Below, in pieces: positions 35,131-43,872 of a stretch of 64,000 nucleotides of DNA. Source of the DNA: Thermoanaerobaculales bacterium (GTDB lineage: Bacteria; Acidobacteriota; Thermoanaerobaculia; Thermoanaerobaculales; Sulfomarinibacteraceae). The notes beneath the pieces are model-generated. The model saw nothing but the letters and a program-made list of their open reading frames with translations, did not search any database and had not been told where the DNA came from. Both the position numbers and the translations under genes were made by a program. The stretch's first letter is position 1, and each line of letters opens with the position of its first letter. Where the stretch lies: the NCBI GenBank assembly GCA_029287235.1, contig JARFRM010000058.1, forward strand, positions 5,602-69,601, in the 5' to 3' direction.

Positions 35131-36318
35131 ATGACCGACAACAAGCTGCCGCTCGACGGTATCCGCGTGCTCGACTTCACCCACAACGTCATGGGCCCCA
35201 CGACGGGGATGCTCATGGGCGACCTCGGCGCAGAGGTCATCCACATCGAGCCGCCCGTGGGTGACGCCACTCGCCGCCTTCGAGGTTTCGGCAGCGGCTA
35301 CTTCGCCTTCTACAGCCGCAACAAGAAGAGCCTGGCAGTCAACCTCAAGGCCGACGCGGGTAAGAAGATCGTCATGGATCTGGTCCGCAGCTCCGATGTG
35401 GTGGTGGAGAACTTCGGGCCCGGAACCATGGACCGGCTCGGCTACGGCTACGACGCGCTCAAGGAGATCACGCCCGACATCATCTACTGCAGCATGAAGG
35501 GTTTTCTCAGTGGTCCATACGAAAAACGGGCCGCGATGGATGAGGTGGTGCAGATGATGTCGGGGCTCGCCTACATGACCGGCGAGCCCGGCAAGCCCAT
35601 GCGCGCCGGGACCTCCATCATCGATATGGGTGGCGGCATGTTCGGCCTCATCGGCATCCTCACCGCGCTCTACAACCGGGAGCAGACCGGCGAGGGGATC
35701 TTCATCAAATCGTCTCTCTTCGAAACCGCGGCGTATTTCATGGGCCAACACATGGCCTACGGCGCCCTGACCGATGATCCGGTGCCGCCCATGCCGGCGC
35801 GGGTCAGCGCGTGGTCCATCTACCGTGTATTCGAGTGCGAGGATGGCCCGATCTTCATCGGGATCATCTCCGAGAAGCACTGGAAGGCCTTCTGCAACGC
35901 CTTCGGCCGCGACGACTGGCTCGCCGACGAGCGCCTCGGAACCAACAATGATCGGATCTCCGAGCGCGAGTGGCTCCACCCCGCGGTCGCCGAGATGATC
36001 GCCGGGTTCCCACGGGCCGAGGTGACGGCCCGGCTCGACAAGGCGGGTGTGCCGTTCTCACCCATCGCCCGGCCCGAGGATCTCTACGACGATCCCCAGC
36101 TCAACGACGGTCTCGGTCTGCTCGAAACCGTCCTTCCCGCCGGTGTCACCGCCAAGCTCCCGCGGATCCCGCTCGAAATGGGCAACCACGATTTCGCCCT
36201 CCGCCGCAACCCGCCGCAGATCGGCGAGGACACGACGGATCTCCTGAATGGTCTCGGCTACTCGGATGAGGAGATCGCGAAGTTCGTGGAAGATGCCGTC
36301 GTCGCCGTCGAAGGTTGA
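35131..36318 (+). CDS. Family III CoA-transferase (CaiB/BaiF-like)
   Basis: PLDGIRVLDFTHNVMGPTTGMLMGDLGAEVIHIEPP. 395 aa. Confidence 0.9.
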   Translation: MTDNKLPLDGIRVLDFTHNVMGPTTGMLMGDLGAEVIHIEPPVGDATRRLRGFGSGYFAFYSRNKKSLAVNLKADAGKKIVMDLVRSSDVVVENFGPGTMDRLGYGYDALKEITPDIIYCSMKGFLSGPYEKRAAMDEVVQMMSGLAYMTGEPGKPMRAGTSIIDMGGGMFGLIGILTALYNREQTGEGIFIKSSLFETAAYFMGQHMAYGALTDDPVPPMPARVSAWSIYRVFECEDGPIFIGIISEKHWKAFCNAFGRDDWLADERLGTNNDRISEREWLHPAVAEMIAGFPRAEVTARLDKAGVPFSPIARPEDLYDDPQLNDGLGLLETVLPAGVTAKLPRIPLEMGNHDFALRRNPPQIGEDTTDLLNGLGYSDEEIAKFVEDAVVAVEG

Positions 36319-36361
36319 GGACTGCGGGTTGGAATAGCTTGCCAGGCACCTCTTTGCCGAG

Positions 36362-36387
36362 AAAAAAGCTCCCGGTTGCCCGGGAGC
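36362..36387 (-). terminator. Rho-independent terminator for the minus-strand DUF11 gene (the hairpin is also positioned after the plus-strand operon)
   Basis: Minus strand reads GCTCCCGG-GCAA-CCGGGAGC followed by TTTTTT. It lies between the convergent stops at 36318 and 36414. Confidence 0.55.
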
Positions 36388-36413
36388 CCTGGTTCATCGG
36401 GAAGCTTCGCGTC

Positions 36414-37424
36414 CTACGGCCCGGTACCGTCCCATCCAAGCGTATCACCTGACTCGAATCCGTCGCAGAAGATCGGCATTTCGAGCGCGGAGAAGTCGGG
36501 GTTGGTGTTGTTGGACGGATCGGTGTCGGTCATACCCGGCGGCGCGTCGACCGTGGCGATGTTGACCAGCAGGCCGGTCGCACCCGGATCCACCGTGCCG
36601 CTGGCCGAGTAGACCACGCTGTCGCCGGCGGGGAGGTTGACCGTGTCGGTGATGTCGCCGGTGCCGGATGGGGCGCAGGCAGCCATGCCGCTGGGTGTGC
36701 AGGTCCAGGTGACGCCGACGACGTCAGGTGGGAAAATATCCTCGACGAAGGCGCCCATGGCGTCCAAGCCCGAGACGTGGGAGACCGTGATGGTGTAGGT
36801 GATCGGATCACCGGGCAGCACGTAGCACGAGCCGTCGGTCTTGTCGATGGCCAGATCCGTGTCCTGCTGGGGGGTGCCGATGATGAAGTTCGGCCCGAAT
36901 CGCCCAAAGGAGGCTGAGTCGTTCGTTGGGAATACGAAGCCGAGGTCGACCGCTGCGGGGAAAACCGAGCTGGAGAAGACTACCTCGGGGATCGTGGTCA
37001 TTGACGAGGCCGATGAGACGTAGTTGTCACCGTCGGCGGAGTAGTAAATCGCGCCGATCGTGTAGGTCATTCCGGGGTCGAGGGTAATCGGTGTGATGCT
37101 TTCATACGTCCAGTCACCGACAACCGTTCCCGTCGCCGGGTCCACCAAGACCTGAGCGAGCAAGACCGCTTGAGCGTCCCAGATACCCACATCGTGGGCA
37201 ATGGTGAGCCCCGCCCCGGCGGCGTTGGTATCCGCGTTCCACACTCCGAGGTCCGTCACATGCACGGAGTCGGTGACCGTGAACCGCCAGCCGACGACGT
37301 CTCCGACCGTGGAGCCGTAGTAGGAGTCGAACTGACTCCCACCCGAGAATCCGGTGACCGCTGCCTGCCCCCAGGCGAGTGGTGTCGTTGCGAGTATTAA
37401 GACGACCCACATGAGACAACGCAT
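36414..37424 (-). CDS. Secreted DUF11-repeat protein ending in the FxDGFESGDT-W module
   Basis: ATG 37424 (AAGGAGGA upstream). Signal peptide MRCLMWVVLILATTPLAWG. DUF11-like DLAIDKTDG...PGDPITYTITVSHVSG...NIATVDAP. C-terminus IFCDGFESGDTLGWDGTGP*. Confidence 0.7.
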   Translation of the reverse strand: MRCLMWVVLILATTPLAWGQAAVTGFSGGSQFDSYYGSTVGDVVGWRFTVTDSVHVTDLGVWNADTNAAGAGLTIAHDVGIWDAQAVLLAQVLVDPATGTVVGDWTYESITPITLDPGMTYTIGAIYYSADGDNYVSSASSMTTIPEVVFSSSVFPAAVDLGFVFPTNDSASFGRFGPNFIIGTPQQDTDLAIDKTDGSCYVLPGDPITYTITVSHVSGLDAMGAFVEDIFPPDVVGVTWTCTPSGMAACAPSGTGDITDTVNLPAGDSVVYSASGTVDPGATGLLVNIATVDAPPGMTDTDPSNNTNPDFSALEMPIFCDGFESGDTLGWDGTGP

Positions 37425-37833
37425 ATCTTCCTCCTTGGACATCCCGCAAAAATATCGATAGTCGAATCCCGGTGCGGGCCCCAGGAAATTTGACATTGGT
37501 TGACCCCGCATTCTAACTCGGATCGGCACTCGCAGGCAATCCACATCGGGGTCAACGGGGAGCTGGGCTACGAAACCCCGAATTCAGCGTGGGAGATCAA
37601 GGAAGTTACGAATGTTGCCCCTGGCGTGCGCCGAGCAAAGCTCGGGCTAAGGGGAAGAGATGACATGAGATGAGCCGTCATCTCGGAAACCTTCCGAACA
37701 GATCCTGCGGGTCGAGTCCCGTGCGGGTATAGGGTGGCCACCGCCCGGAAGCCAGTCTTGCGTAGCGATATCGTGACCCTTGCCCACCACCTAAGGTCAT
37801 CCACTCGATCTACCGGTACGCAGCACAAAAGGT

Positions 37834-38909
37834 GCCAGGAGAAACTTTCTCAACTTTGTCTCTCTGCCGTTCTGAGTTCCTCGAGGCGTTCAATCGCTTT
37901 CGTTGAGAGGGCTCGATCGAGGGAGTCCAGGTCGGCTGCGAATTCCTCGTCGTCGCTGCGGATCTTGCCCGCTTCGTTGACCCATCGGCTCACGACAACC
38001 GAGTGTTTCTTCAGGAGGGCAGCCAGATGTCCGGCTCTCTGATCCCATCTCTCGACACCGCATGAGGCGATCAACCGGCGCAGGCGGGCGGTCGCGCTGT
38101 CCTGACGCCGGCTTGCCACGTCGGCCGGATCCACTCCGAGGCACTCACACGCTAGAGCGATGAACTGGTCTGCTCGAAGAGACTTTCTTTCGAGTCCTGT
38201 GCTCCTTCCAAGAACATCCACATAGGGGAGGTCTGGATCGACCTCGAGCTGCCGATCCCGCTTCCACCACGGAAGTGCATCCACCGAATCGCCAAGCCCG
38301 TCTTCCTTCATGGCCTGTTTGAGATCGCTGGCGTAGGAACGGCGGGCAGCCTTTGTTGTCTCCCCGAACACCATGAGGGCTTCATCCACGTCACACAACG
38401 GCGAACGAATCTTGCCCATCAGCTCGCGGTGGCCGGAGAATACGTAGTCCGCCGGTTGCTCGACCAACCCTGCTCGAACCGGGTTGAGATGGATATGGGT
38501 GACAATGCGAACGAGATATTCTTGGTCGTGGATCAACTTTGCTTTGTACCGGCTCTGCCATAGCGGTCCGGTTCGACGCCATCGCCGGTTGAAGCTTCGG
38601 CTGAAACCGTTCTGAAGGTAGTGCATCGTCCGCGACAGAGGAACGGCGGACGTCCGAAGTGCCACATGGAAGTGGTTGGACATCAGGGCCCACGCGAAAA
38701 CCGAGAATCCGTCCCGAGCCTTGGTCTCGTGAAGACGGTCGATGAAGCCGATCGCCTCACCCGGATCGGCGAAGACCTCCTCACCGCGAGCGAACCGGTT
38801 GTAGACGTGGTACAACCCGCCCTCGATCGTCTCGCGACGCAACCTGGGCAACCCTTCCTCCTTCTGCCCAGAACCGTATCACAAGAAAGTTAAGAAAGTT
38901 TCTCCTGGC
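37834..38909. mobile_element. Compact 1076-bp element: single Y1/HUH (RAYT-like) transposase gene bounded by 24-bp inverted repeats
   Basis: IR-L GCCAGGAGAAACTTTCTCAACTTT (37834-37857) and IR-R AAAGTTAAGAAAGTTTCTCCTGGC (38886-38909) match at 23/24 positions. IR-L overlaps the stop codon. Confidence 0.75.
37850..38851 (-). CDS. IS200-like Y1 (HUH) transposase / REP-associated tyrosine transposase-like protein with DnaA-C-like HTH tail
   Basis: GGLYHVYNRFARGEEVF and HUH motif MSNHFHVAL. LWQSRYKAKL followed by VTHIHLNPVRAGLV, where His (codon 38495-38497) sits where the family normally has the catalytic Tyr. Confidence 0.8.
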   Translation of the reverse strand: MPRLRRETIEGGLYHVYNRFARGEEVFADPGEAIGFIDRLHETKARDGFSVFAWALMSNHFHVALRTSAVPLSRTMHYLQNGFSRSFNRRWRRTGPLWQSRYKAKLIHDQEYLVRIVTHIHLNPVRAGLVEQPADYVFSGHRELMGKIRSPLCDVDEALMVFGETTKAARRSYASDLKQAMKEDGLGDSVDALPWWKRDRQLEVDPDLPYVDVLGRSTGLERKSLRADQFIALACECLGVDPADVASRRQDSATARLRRLIASCGVERWDQRAGHLAALLKKHSVVVSRWVNEAGKIRSDDEEFAADLDSLDRALSTKAIERLEELRTAERQS

Positions 38910-39002
38910 TCCGATTCGATTGCGGCTCCGATTCCAACATCGCATGCCGGTCTGAGGCGCGAGTTGTGGCGGCAGCCATCCGGGTTGCCGCCTCTCACAC
39001 CG

Positions 39003-39434
39003 TCAGGTTCGTTGTTCCACTGGCGAGCGATTCTTCAGGTGAGCGACGACGAGTATGCCGAGCACGATGGCCACGACCAGCGATGTCGCGACACTCCGGC
39101 TCGCTGGGATCAGACCCCGCACACCTGCGTACACCACGGCGACCCCGAGCAGGAACACAACCAGGATCGTGGGCACAATCACCCACCGTCTCTCCATCGG
39201 CTTCCTGTCTGCGATAATCAGCATGACTCCCCATGAAAACGCCACAGCCGACATCAGTCCCATGGGATAGACGAACTCATCGACCACCATCCTCTCCGGG
39301 ATCAATGCCAGAACCGCGACCCCGAAGTCGGCGATGGCCGCCACCCAGTACGCGACCCGCAACCAGACCATGTTGCCGTTCGTCACGGTGCCTCCCGTTC
39401 CTCGGATGGAGCCTGGCGGCTGATTGAACGTCAT
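39003..39434 (-). CDS. Hypothetical membrane protein (about 4 TM)
   Basis: Start is ATG 39434 or a later Met. Hydrophobic helices include WLRVAYWVAAIADFGVAVLALI and VPTILVVFLLGVAVVYAGV. No recognizable family. Confidence 0.45.
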   Translation of the reverse strand: MTFNQPPGSIRGTGGTVTNGNMVWLRVAYWVAAIADFGVAVLALIPERMVVDEFVYPMGLMSAVAFSWGVMLIIADRKPMERRWVIVPTILVVFLLGVAVVYAGVRGLIPASRSVATSLVVAIVLGILVVAHLKNRSPVEQRT

Positions 39435-39556
39435 TTCTGCATCGACTCTAACGCACCCCAATAGGAATGGCTGCCATCCACGGGTGGTGACCACCAATGC
39501 TCGCCCGCTTGTGCTAACCTCGTTGCCGGTTGTCCACCAACACATAGGAGGCTGGC

Positions 39557-40228
39557 ATGCGGGTTCCTTTTTTCGTCCTGGGCCTCGTCGGCATCGTCGT
39601 CTCAACGTTTCCGGCGACATGCAGCGCGGAGGGCACCGATCCCGAGGCGATCATCGTGCTTTTCGACAACGGACCGATGAATCATGCAAATGGGCTTGGA
39701 GTCACGTCGGCGGAGAACGCCGACGACTTCGAGCTTTCGTTCGTGGCCGATCTGACGTCGGCGACCATCGGCATCGCGGACTTTACCGGCATGAGCTTCC
39801 CGGAGAACTGGGACGGGCTGGTCAAGTGGTTCATCTACACCGACGACTCCGGGTTGCCCGGTACCCTTCTGATGTCGGGAACGGGGCGGGATACATCCTA
39901 CGTCCTCGAGTCCTCCCTTCCGCCGTACGAGTTCTACTGGCTGAGCTTCAACCTGAACCGCCGGGTCTCACTCAGCGTCGGCGTGCGGTACTGGTTCGCG
40001 ATCAACCTGAACCGCCAGCTGACGACCAACTCCGGAATCACGTGGGCCGCCTCGACGGACCTCAACTACTCGCCGGGCGCATACAACAACCCCTACGGCA
40101 GCGGTGTCTACGAACCGTGGATCCTCGACTTCTCCTTCACGCTGAGCTCCAATACCGAGGTCAACTATATATTCGCAGACGGGTTCGAAACCGCCAATTC
40201 CCAGTACTGGTCTTCGACCCAACTGTAG
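39557..40228 (+). CDS. Secreted hypothetical protein ending in a diverged FADGFE module
   Basis: AGGAGG upstream. Signal peptide MRVPFFVLGLVGIVVSTFPATCSA. C-terminus NYIFADGFETANSQYWSSTQL*. Confidence 0.65.
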   Translation: MRVPFFVLGLVGIVVSTFPATCSAEGTDPEAIIVLFDNGPMNHANGLGVTSAENADDFELSFVADLTSATIGIADFTGMSFPENWDGLVKWFIYTDDSGLPGTLLMSGTGRDTSYVLESSLPPYEFYWLSFNLNRRVSLSVGVRYWFAINLNRQLTTNSGITWAASTDLNYSPGAYNNPYGSGVYEPWILDFSFTLSSNTEVNYIFADGFETANSQYWSSTQL

Positions 40229-40255
40229 TCACGGATCCGTCACATCGCCCAGTCC

Positions 40256-41515
40256 ATGGATCACCGACGAGATCGCACACGCGTCCATGACATCGTGCTC
40301 TGGGGAGCCACCGGTTTCACCGGCAGCCTGGTGGCCGAGTACTTGGTTCGCAGGGCGGCCGCCGAACCGGTGCGGCTCGCGTTGGGTGGACGCGACCTGG
40401 CCAAGCTCGAGGTGCTCCGCGACCGGCTGGTGGGCATCGACCCCGCGGCGGCGGAGCTCCCGCTAATCGTCGCCGACAGTCACGATCGCGCGTCCCTCGA
40501 CGCCATGGTCCGCGACACCGCGGTGGTCTGCAGCACCGTCGGACCGTACGCCCTGCACGGCCGTTTACCGGTGGCCGCCTGCATCGCTGCGAGAACCGAC
40601 TATTGCGACCTCACCGGCGAAGTCCAGTTCATCCGCACGATGATCGACGAGCATCACGCCGCTGCGGAGCGCGCCGGTGCGCGCATCGTCCACTGCTGCG
40701 GGTTCGACTCGATCCCCTCTGACCTCGGCACGCTGATGCTGCAGCAGGCCGCTAGCGAGCGCCACGGATCACCCCTCGATCGCATCACCTTCGTGCTCGG
40801 TGCGAGCCGCGGCAGCTTCTCCGGCGGCACGGTCGCGAGCCTGGTCAACGTGGTCGTCGAGGCCGGAGCGGATCCCGAGATCAGACGAATCCTCACCGAC
40901 CCCTACGCCCTCAACCCGGAGGGCGAGCGCGACGGCCCTGACGGGCCCGATCTCGCAGGTGCTCGGTTCGACCGGGAGCTCGGACGCTGGACCGGCCCCT
41001 TTGTGATGGCGTCGATCAACACCCGCGTCGTTCGCCGGAGCAACGCGATCCTCGGGTGGCCGTACGGACGCGACTTCCGCTACGCCGAGGTCACCGGCTT
41101 CGGCGCCGGGCTCAAGGGCAGGCTCGCCGCCATCGCCATGGCCGGGAGTGTCGGTACTTTGGTCGCCGCGCTCGCGTGGTCGCCGACCAGATCACTTCTC
41201 CAGACGGTCGCTCTGCCCAATCCGGGCGAGGGGCCCGACCGCGCCGCGAGAGAGGCTGGTTTCTTCAAGATTAGCCTGCACGGCCGGACCACGTCGAGCG
41301 ATGGTCAGCGCGTCGAGATGACCGCCCACGTCGCCGGGGACAACGATCCCGGCTACGGCGAGACAGCGAAGATGCTCGGTGAGTCGGCCCTCTGTCTCGC
41401 CCTCGACGGCGCCGATCTCGAGACACCCGGAGGGATCCTCACCCCGGCAGCCTGCATGGGGCAGCGGCTCGTCGATCGACTGCGGGCCGCCGGGATGCGA
41501 TTTGAGGTGCCCTGA
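40256..41515 (+). CDS. Saccharopine dehydrogenase-like NAD(P)-binding oxidoreductase (SCCPDH / trans-acting enoyl reductase family)
   Basis: HDIVLWGATGFTGSLVAEYL Rossmann N-terminus. 419 aa. Confidence 0.85.
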   Translation: MDHRRDRTRVHDIVLWGATGFTGSLVAEYLVRRAAAEPVRLALGGRDLAKLEVLRDRLVGIDPAAAELPLIVADSHDRASLDAMVRDTAVVCSTVGPYALHGRLPVAACIAARTDYCDLTGEVQFIRTMIDEHHAAAERAGARIVHCCGFDSIPSDLGTLMLQQAASERHGSPLDRITFVLGASRGSFSGGTVASLVNVVVEAGADPEIRRILTDPYALNPEGERDGPDGPDLAGARFDRELGRWTGPFVMASINTRVVRRSNAILGWPYGRDFRYAEVTGFGAGLKGRLAAIAMAGSVGTLVAALAWSPTRSLLQTVALPNPGEGPDRAAREAGFFKISLHGRTTSSDGQRVEMTAHVAGDNDPGYGETAKMLGESALCLALDGADLETPGGILTPAACMGQRLVDRLRAAGMRFEVP

Positions 41516-41595
41516 GCCGGTGCCCCCACCGACCCGGACCCGAGCCGCTTGTGTGAGCCCGGCGACCGGAATTTCGGCCGGGGCCGGCGCGCGGC

Positions 41596-41988
41596 TACGA
41601 TGCCATGTCCAAGGCGTGTGTCCTCAACAGCTCGAGGGGAACCACCTCGAGGGCGTGGATATCGGTCGCCGCGAGCACCACCGGCGGAGCGACTCCCGCG
41701 ACCGCCGCTTCACGCCACCGGTCCGCGCACAGACACCAGCGGTCGCCGGCCTTGAGTCCGGGGAACCCAAACTCCGGTCGCAGCGTCGAGAGATCGTTGC
41801 CGCGCGACAGGGTGTATGCGAGAAACTCGTCCGTCGGATCCGACGGAGTTGCGGGCCTCGAGCTGAACCTCGCCGTCGCGCGCGAGGAGTGCGCCGAACG
41901 GATGGTTGCCGGCAGCCACGGCCTGCCGTGCCAACTCGAAGCAGCGACGCATCAGGTGCTCGTCGGTTTCGCGCGAGCGCGTACTCAC
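41596..41988 (-). pseudogene. Chimeric remnant: nucleoside/guanine deaminase N-terminus joined out of frame to a DUF2237 C-terminal part
   Basis: Frame A: MRRCFELARQAVAAGNHPFGALLARDGEVQLEARNSV (CDA-fold N-terminus). After a +1 shift: DPTDEFLAYTLSRGNDLSTLRPEFGFPGLKAGDRWCLCADRWREAAVAGVAPPVVLAATDIHALEVVPLELLRTHALDMAS* (DUF2237-like). The junction is at the 18-bp palindrome at 41830-41847. Confidence 0.5.
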
Positions 41989-42019
41989 GAGGCAACCTCC
42001 CGGTCGACCTTCGGACGAA

Positions 42020-42403
42020 TCACTGGCTAACCGAGCGCAGCATGGCCTCGAAGGCCGGCTCCGCAGCGGTGACGGTGTCGGCCGGGCCGGTCACCTTGAA
42101 GAACCAAGGACCACCGGGGCCCTCCACCACCGCCCCGACCAGCTTCGATCCCGGTACCGGCTCGCTGGGACCGCCACCCATCCGACTCGGCAGCAGCGTC
42201 CCTTCGACGGCGATCGTCGACACCGCGTAGCCTCCGACCTCATAGGACTCGCGGACGGGCTCGGTTCCGGCCTCGGCCTCGATCTGACCCGCCCAGCGTT
42301 GCACGTTGGCCTCGATCCCGCCGCCGGCTCCCGCGCCGAAGAAGAAGACCGTGAGCAGTGCAGCACCGCCTTCCCCGGGGATCTCGGCCTCGGCGAGTCG
42401 CAT
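42020..42403 (-). CDS. Hypothetical protein, probably 5'-disrupted
   Basis: MRLAEAEIPGEGGAALLTVFFFGAGAGGGIEANVQRWAGQIEAE... looks coding. There is no RBS, the upstream coding-like sequence lies in another frame, and the region abuts the IS91 remnant. Confidence 0.35.
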   Translation of the reverse strand: MRLAEAEIPGEGGAALLTVFFFGAGAGGGIEANVQRWAGQIEAEAGTEPVRESYEVGGYAVSTIAVEGTLLPSRMGGGPSEPVPGSKLVGAVVEGPGGPWFFKVTGPADTVTAAEPAFEAMLRSVSQ

Positions 42404-42617
42404 GGACGACGGCGGTTGGAATGGGCCACCACCGCCACCAGGTGGTGACTCGTGTCGACGAGCGTCGTTTCGTCGGTGTGCTTGACGACCACCTGGTCGG
42501 GATGGATTGGGTCGATCGTCGTGGGATCCCCGGTCAAGTTGTCGACCACCGAGCCGATGACGTTGATTCTGCCGTCTCCGTCGAGGACTCGGACGGTGGC
42601 ATGAACGGCGTTCGGTC

Positions 42618-43733
42618 TCAGCAAGGCGGTTCGAAGAGATCGACCCCGCCACCTATCGTGCGAGGAATCCCCGCGCGACGCCTCTGTACCGCCTGTTCGA
42701 TTCGCACTTTGACGAGGTGAAGGGGCAGTGGGAGGAGCGTTTCGAGCGCCGGTACGGGTTCTGGCGCGGCTTCGTCAACGAGCAGGTGCTGCGCCTGTAC
42801 TTCCTGCATCATCGCGAGCTGCTGGGCGGCCTCGCCCGGGCGGCGTGGGAGACCGTGCTCGAGTTGATGTGCACGGCGGTGGATGACGTGACGTTCAGGC
42901 CCGGGATGATCGCCTTCGTGCAGACGTCCGGGGATCTGGGCAATTGGCAGCCGCACACACACGCCATGGTTTTGCGCGGGGGATGGACGGCGGATGGTGA
43001 ATGGGCGCCGGTCCCCTTCATGGACGAGCACTCGGCGGAGCTGCTGCTCCGTCACAAGGTGATGCGGCTTCTCCAGGATGAGGGTCTGCTTTCCGAGGAG
43101 CGGACCGAGCTTCAGTTGTCGTGGCACCATACAGGCTTTTCGGTCAACAACCGGGTGTACGTCGAGCCCGAGGACCAGACGGCGGTCGAGCGGCTCGCCC
43201 GCCACATCATGCGTCCGCCGATCAGTCTCGATCGGATGAGCTGGGATGGGGAGGGGGAGGTGCGGTACCGGCGCAAGGGCGGTCACGAAGACCCGGCGCT
43301 GCACCTGGACCCGGTAGAGACCTTCGACCCGTCCGAGTTCCTGGCCCGTGTGATCATGCACATCCCGGAGCCGCGGCGACACCTGGTACGCTACTACGGG
43401 TGGTACTCCAACGTGTCGCGGGGGAGGCGGCGGTTAAGAGAAGAGGCCGCCGAATCTGCATGCTCGCCCGGCGAGGGCCACTCCCCTTCGACCCGAGCGA
43501 AAAAGGACCAGGGTCCGGCCGCCCGCGCTCTCCGTCGAAGCTGGGCGAAGTTGATCAAGCGTATCTACGAGGTTGATCCGCTGGTGTGCCCCTCATGCGG
43601 CGCCGAGATGAAGGTCATCGCGTTCATCAACGAGCACAAAGTGGCCGACAAGATCCTCCGGCATCTTAAACCCACGGAAGGGATGAAGGGTCGGGGGCCT
43701 CCTCGACACGCCGGGCTCGGAGCGGCGTCGTGA
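42618..43733 (+). mobile_element. IS91-family (Y2 HUH) transposase remnant: no start codon and Zn-finger region deleted
   Basis: ...YRARNPRATPLYRLFDSHFDEVKGQWEERFERRYGFWRGFV, QPHTHAMVLRGGW (HUH), RYYGWYSN and RRSWAKLIKRIYEVDPLVCPSCGAEMKVIAFI. No ATG/GTG/TTG occurs in frame upstream of 42717. The LDCG...SCK.R.FCPSC segment expected after VLRLY is absent. Confidence 0.75.
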
Positions 43734-43872
43734 TCCGGGCGGTCGAGTTCTGTAACGTTGGATTCCTGGTTGACGTGTGTCCGGAATCGGGGTTGAAGGG
43801 GTTCCGGGGGCGTTTCCCCGAGAGATGTGGGATGTGATCCAAGGATGGGCGGCCGAGGAGAAAGCCGAGGTC

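Noticed and set aside
37690-37800. Possible tRNA/tmRNA fragment (GGGTCGAGTCCCG ... CCCACCACC) next to the RAYT element
   Set aside because: The loop has 6 nt rather than 7. No complementary acceptor 5' strand (GGGCAAG) is present and no cloverleaf can be drawn. It is left as unexplained non-coding DNA in the 5' region of the DUF11 gene.
42091-42624. 177-aa minus-strand ORF with a coding-looking start (AVHATVRVLDGDGRINVIGSVVDNLTGDPTTIDPIH...)
   Set aside because: Only the first roughly 65 aa look protein-like. The rest overlaps the better frame of 42020..42403. It is probably a frameshifted fragment next to the IS91 remnant and cannot be resolved without homologs.
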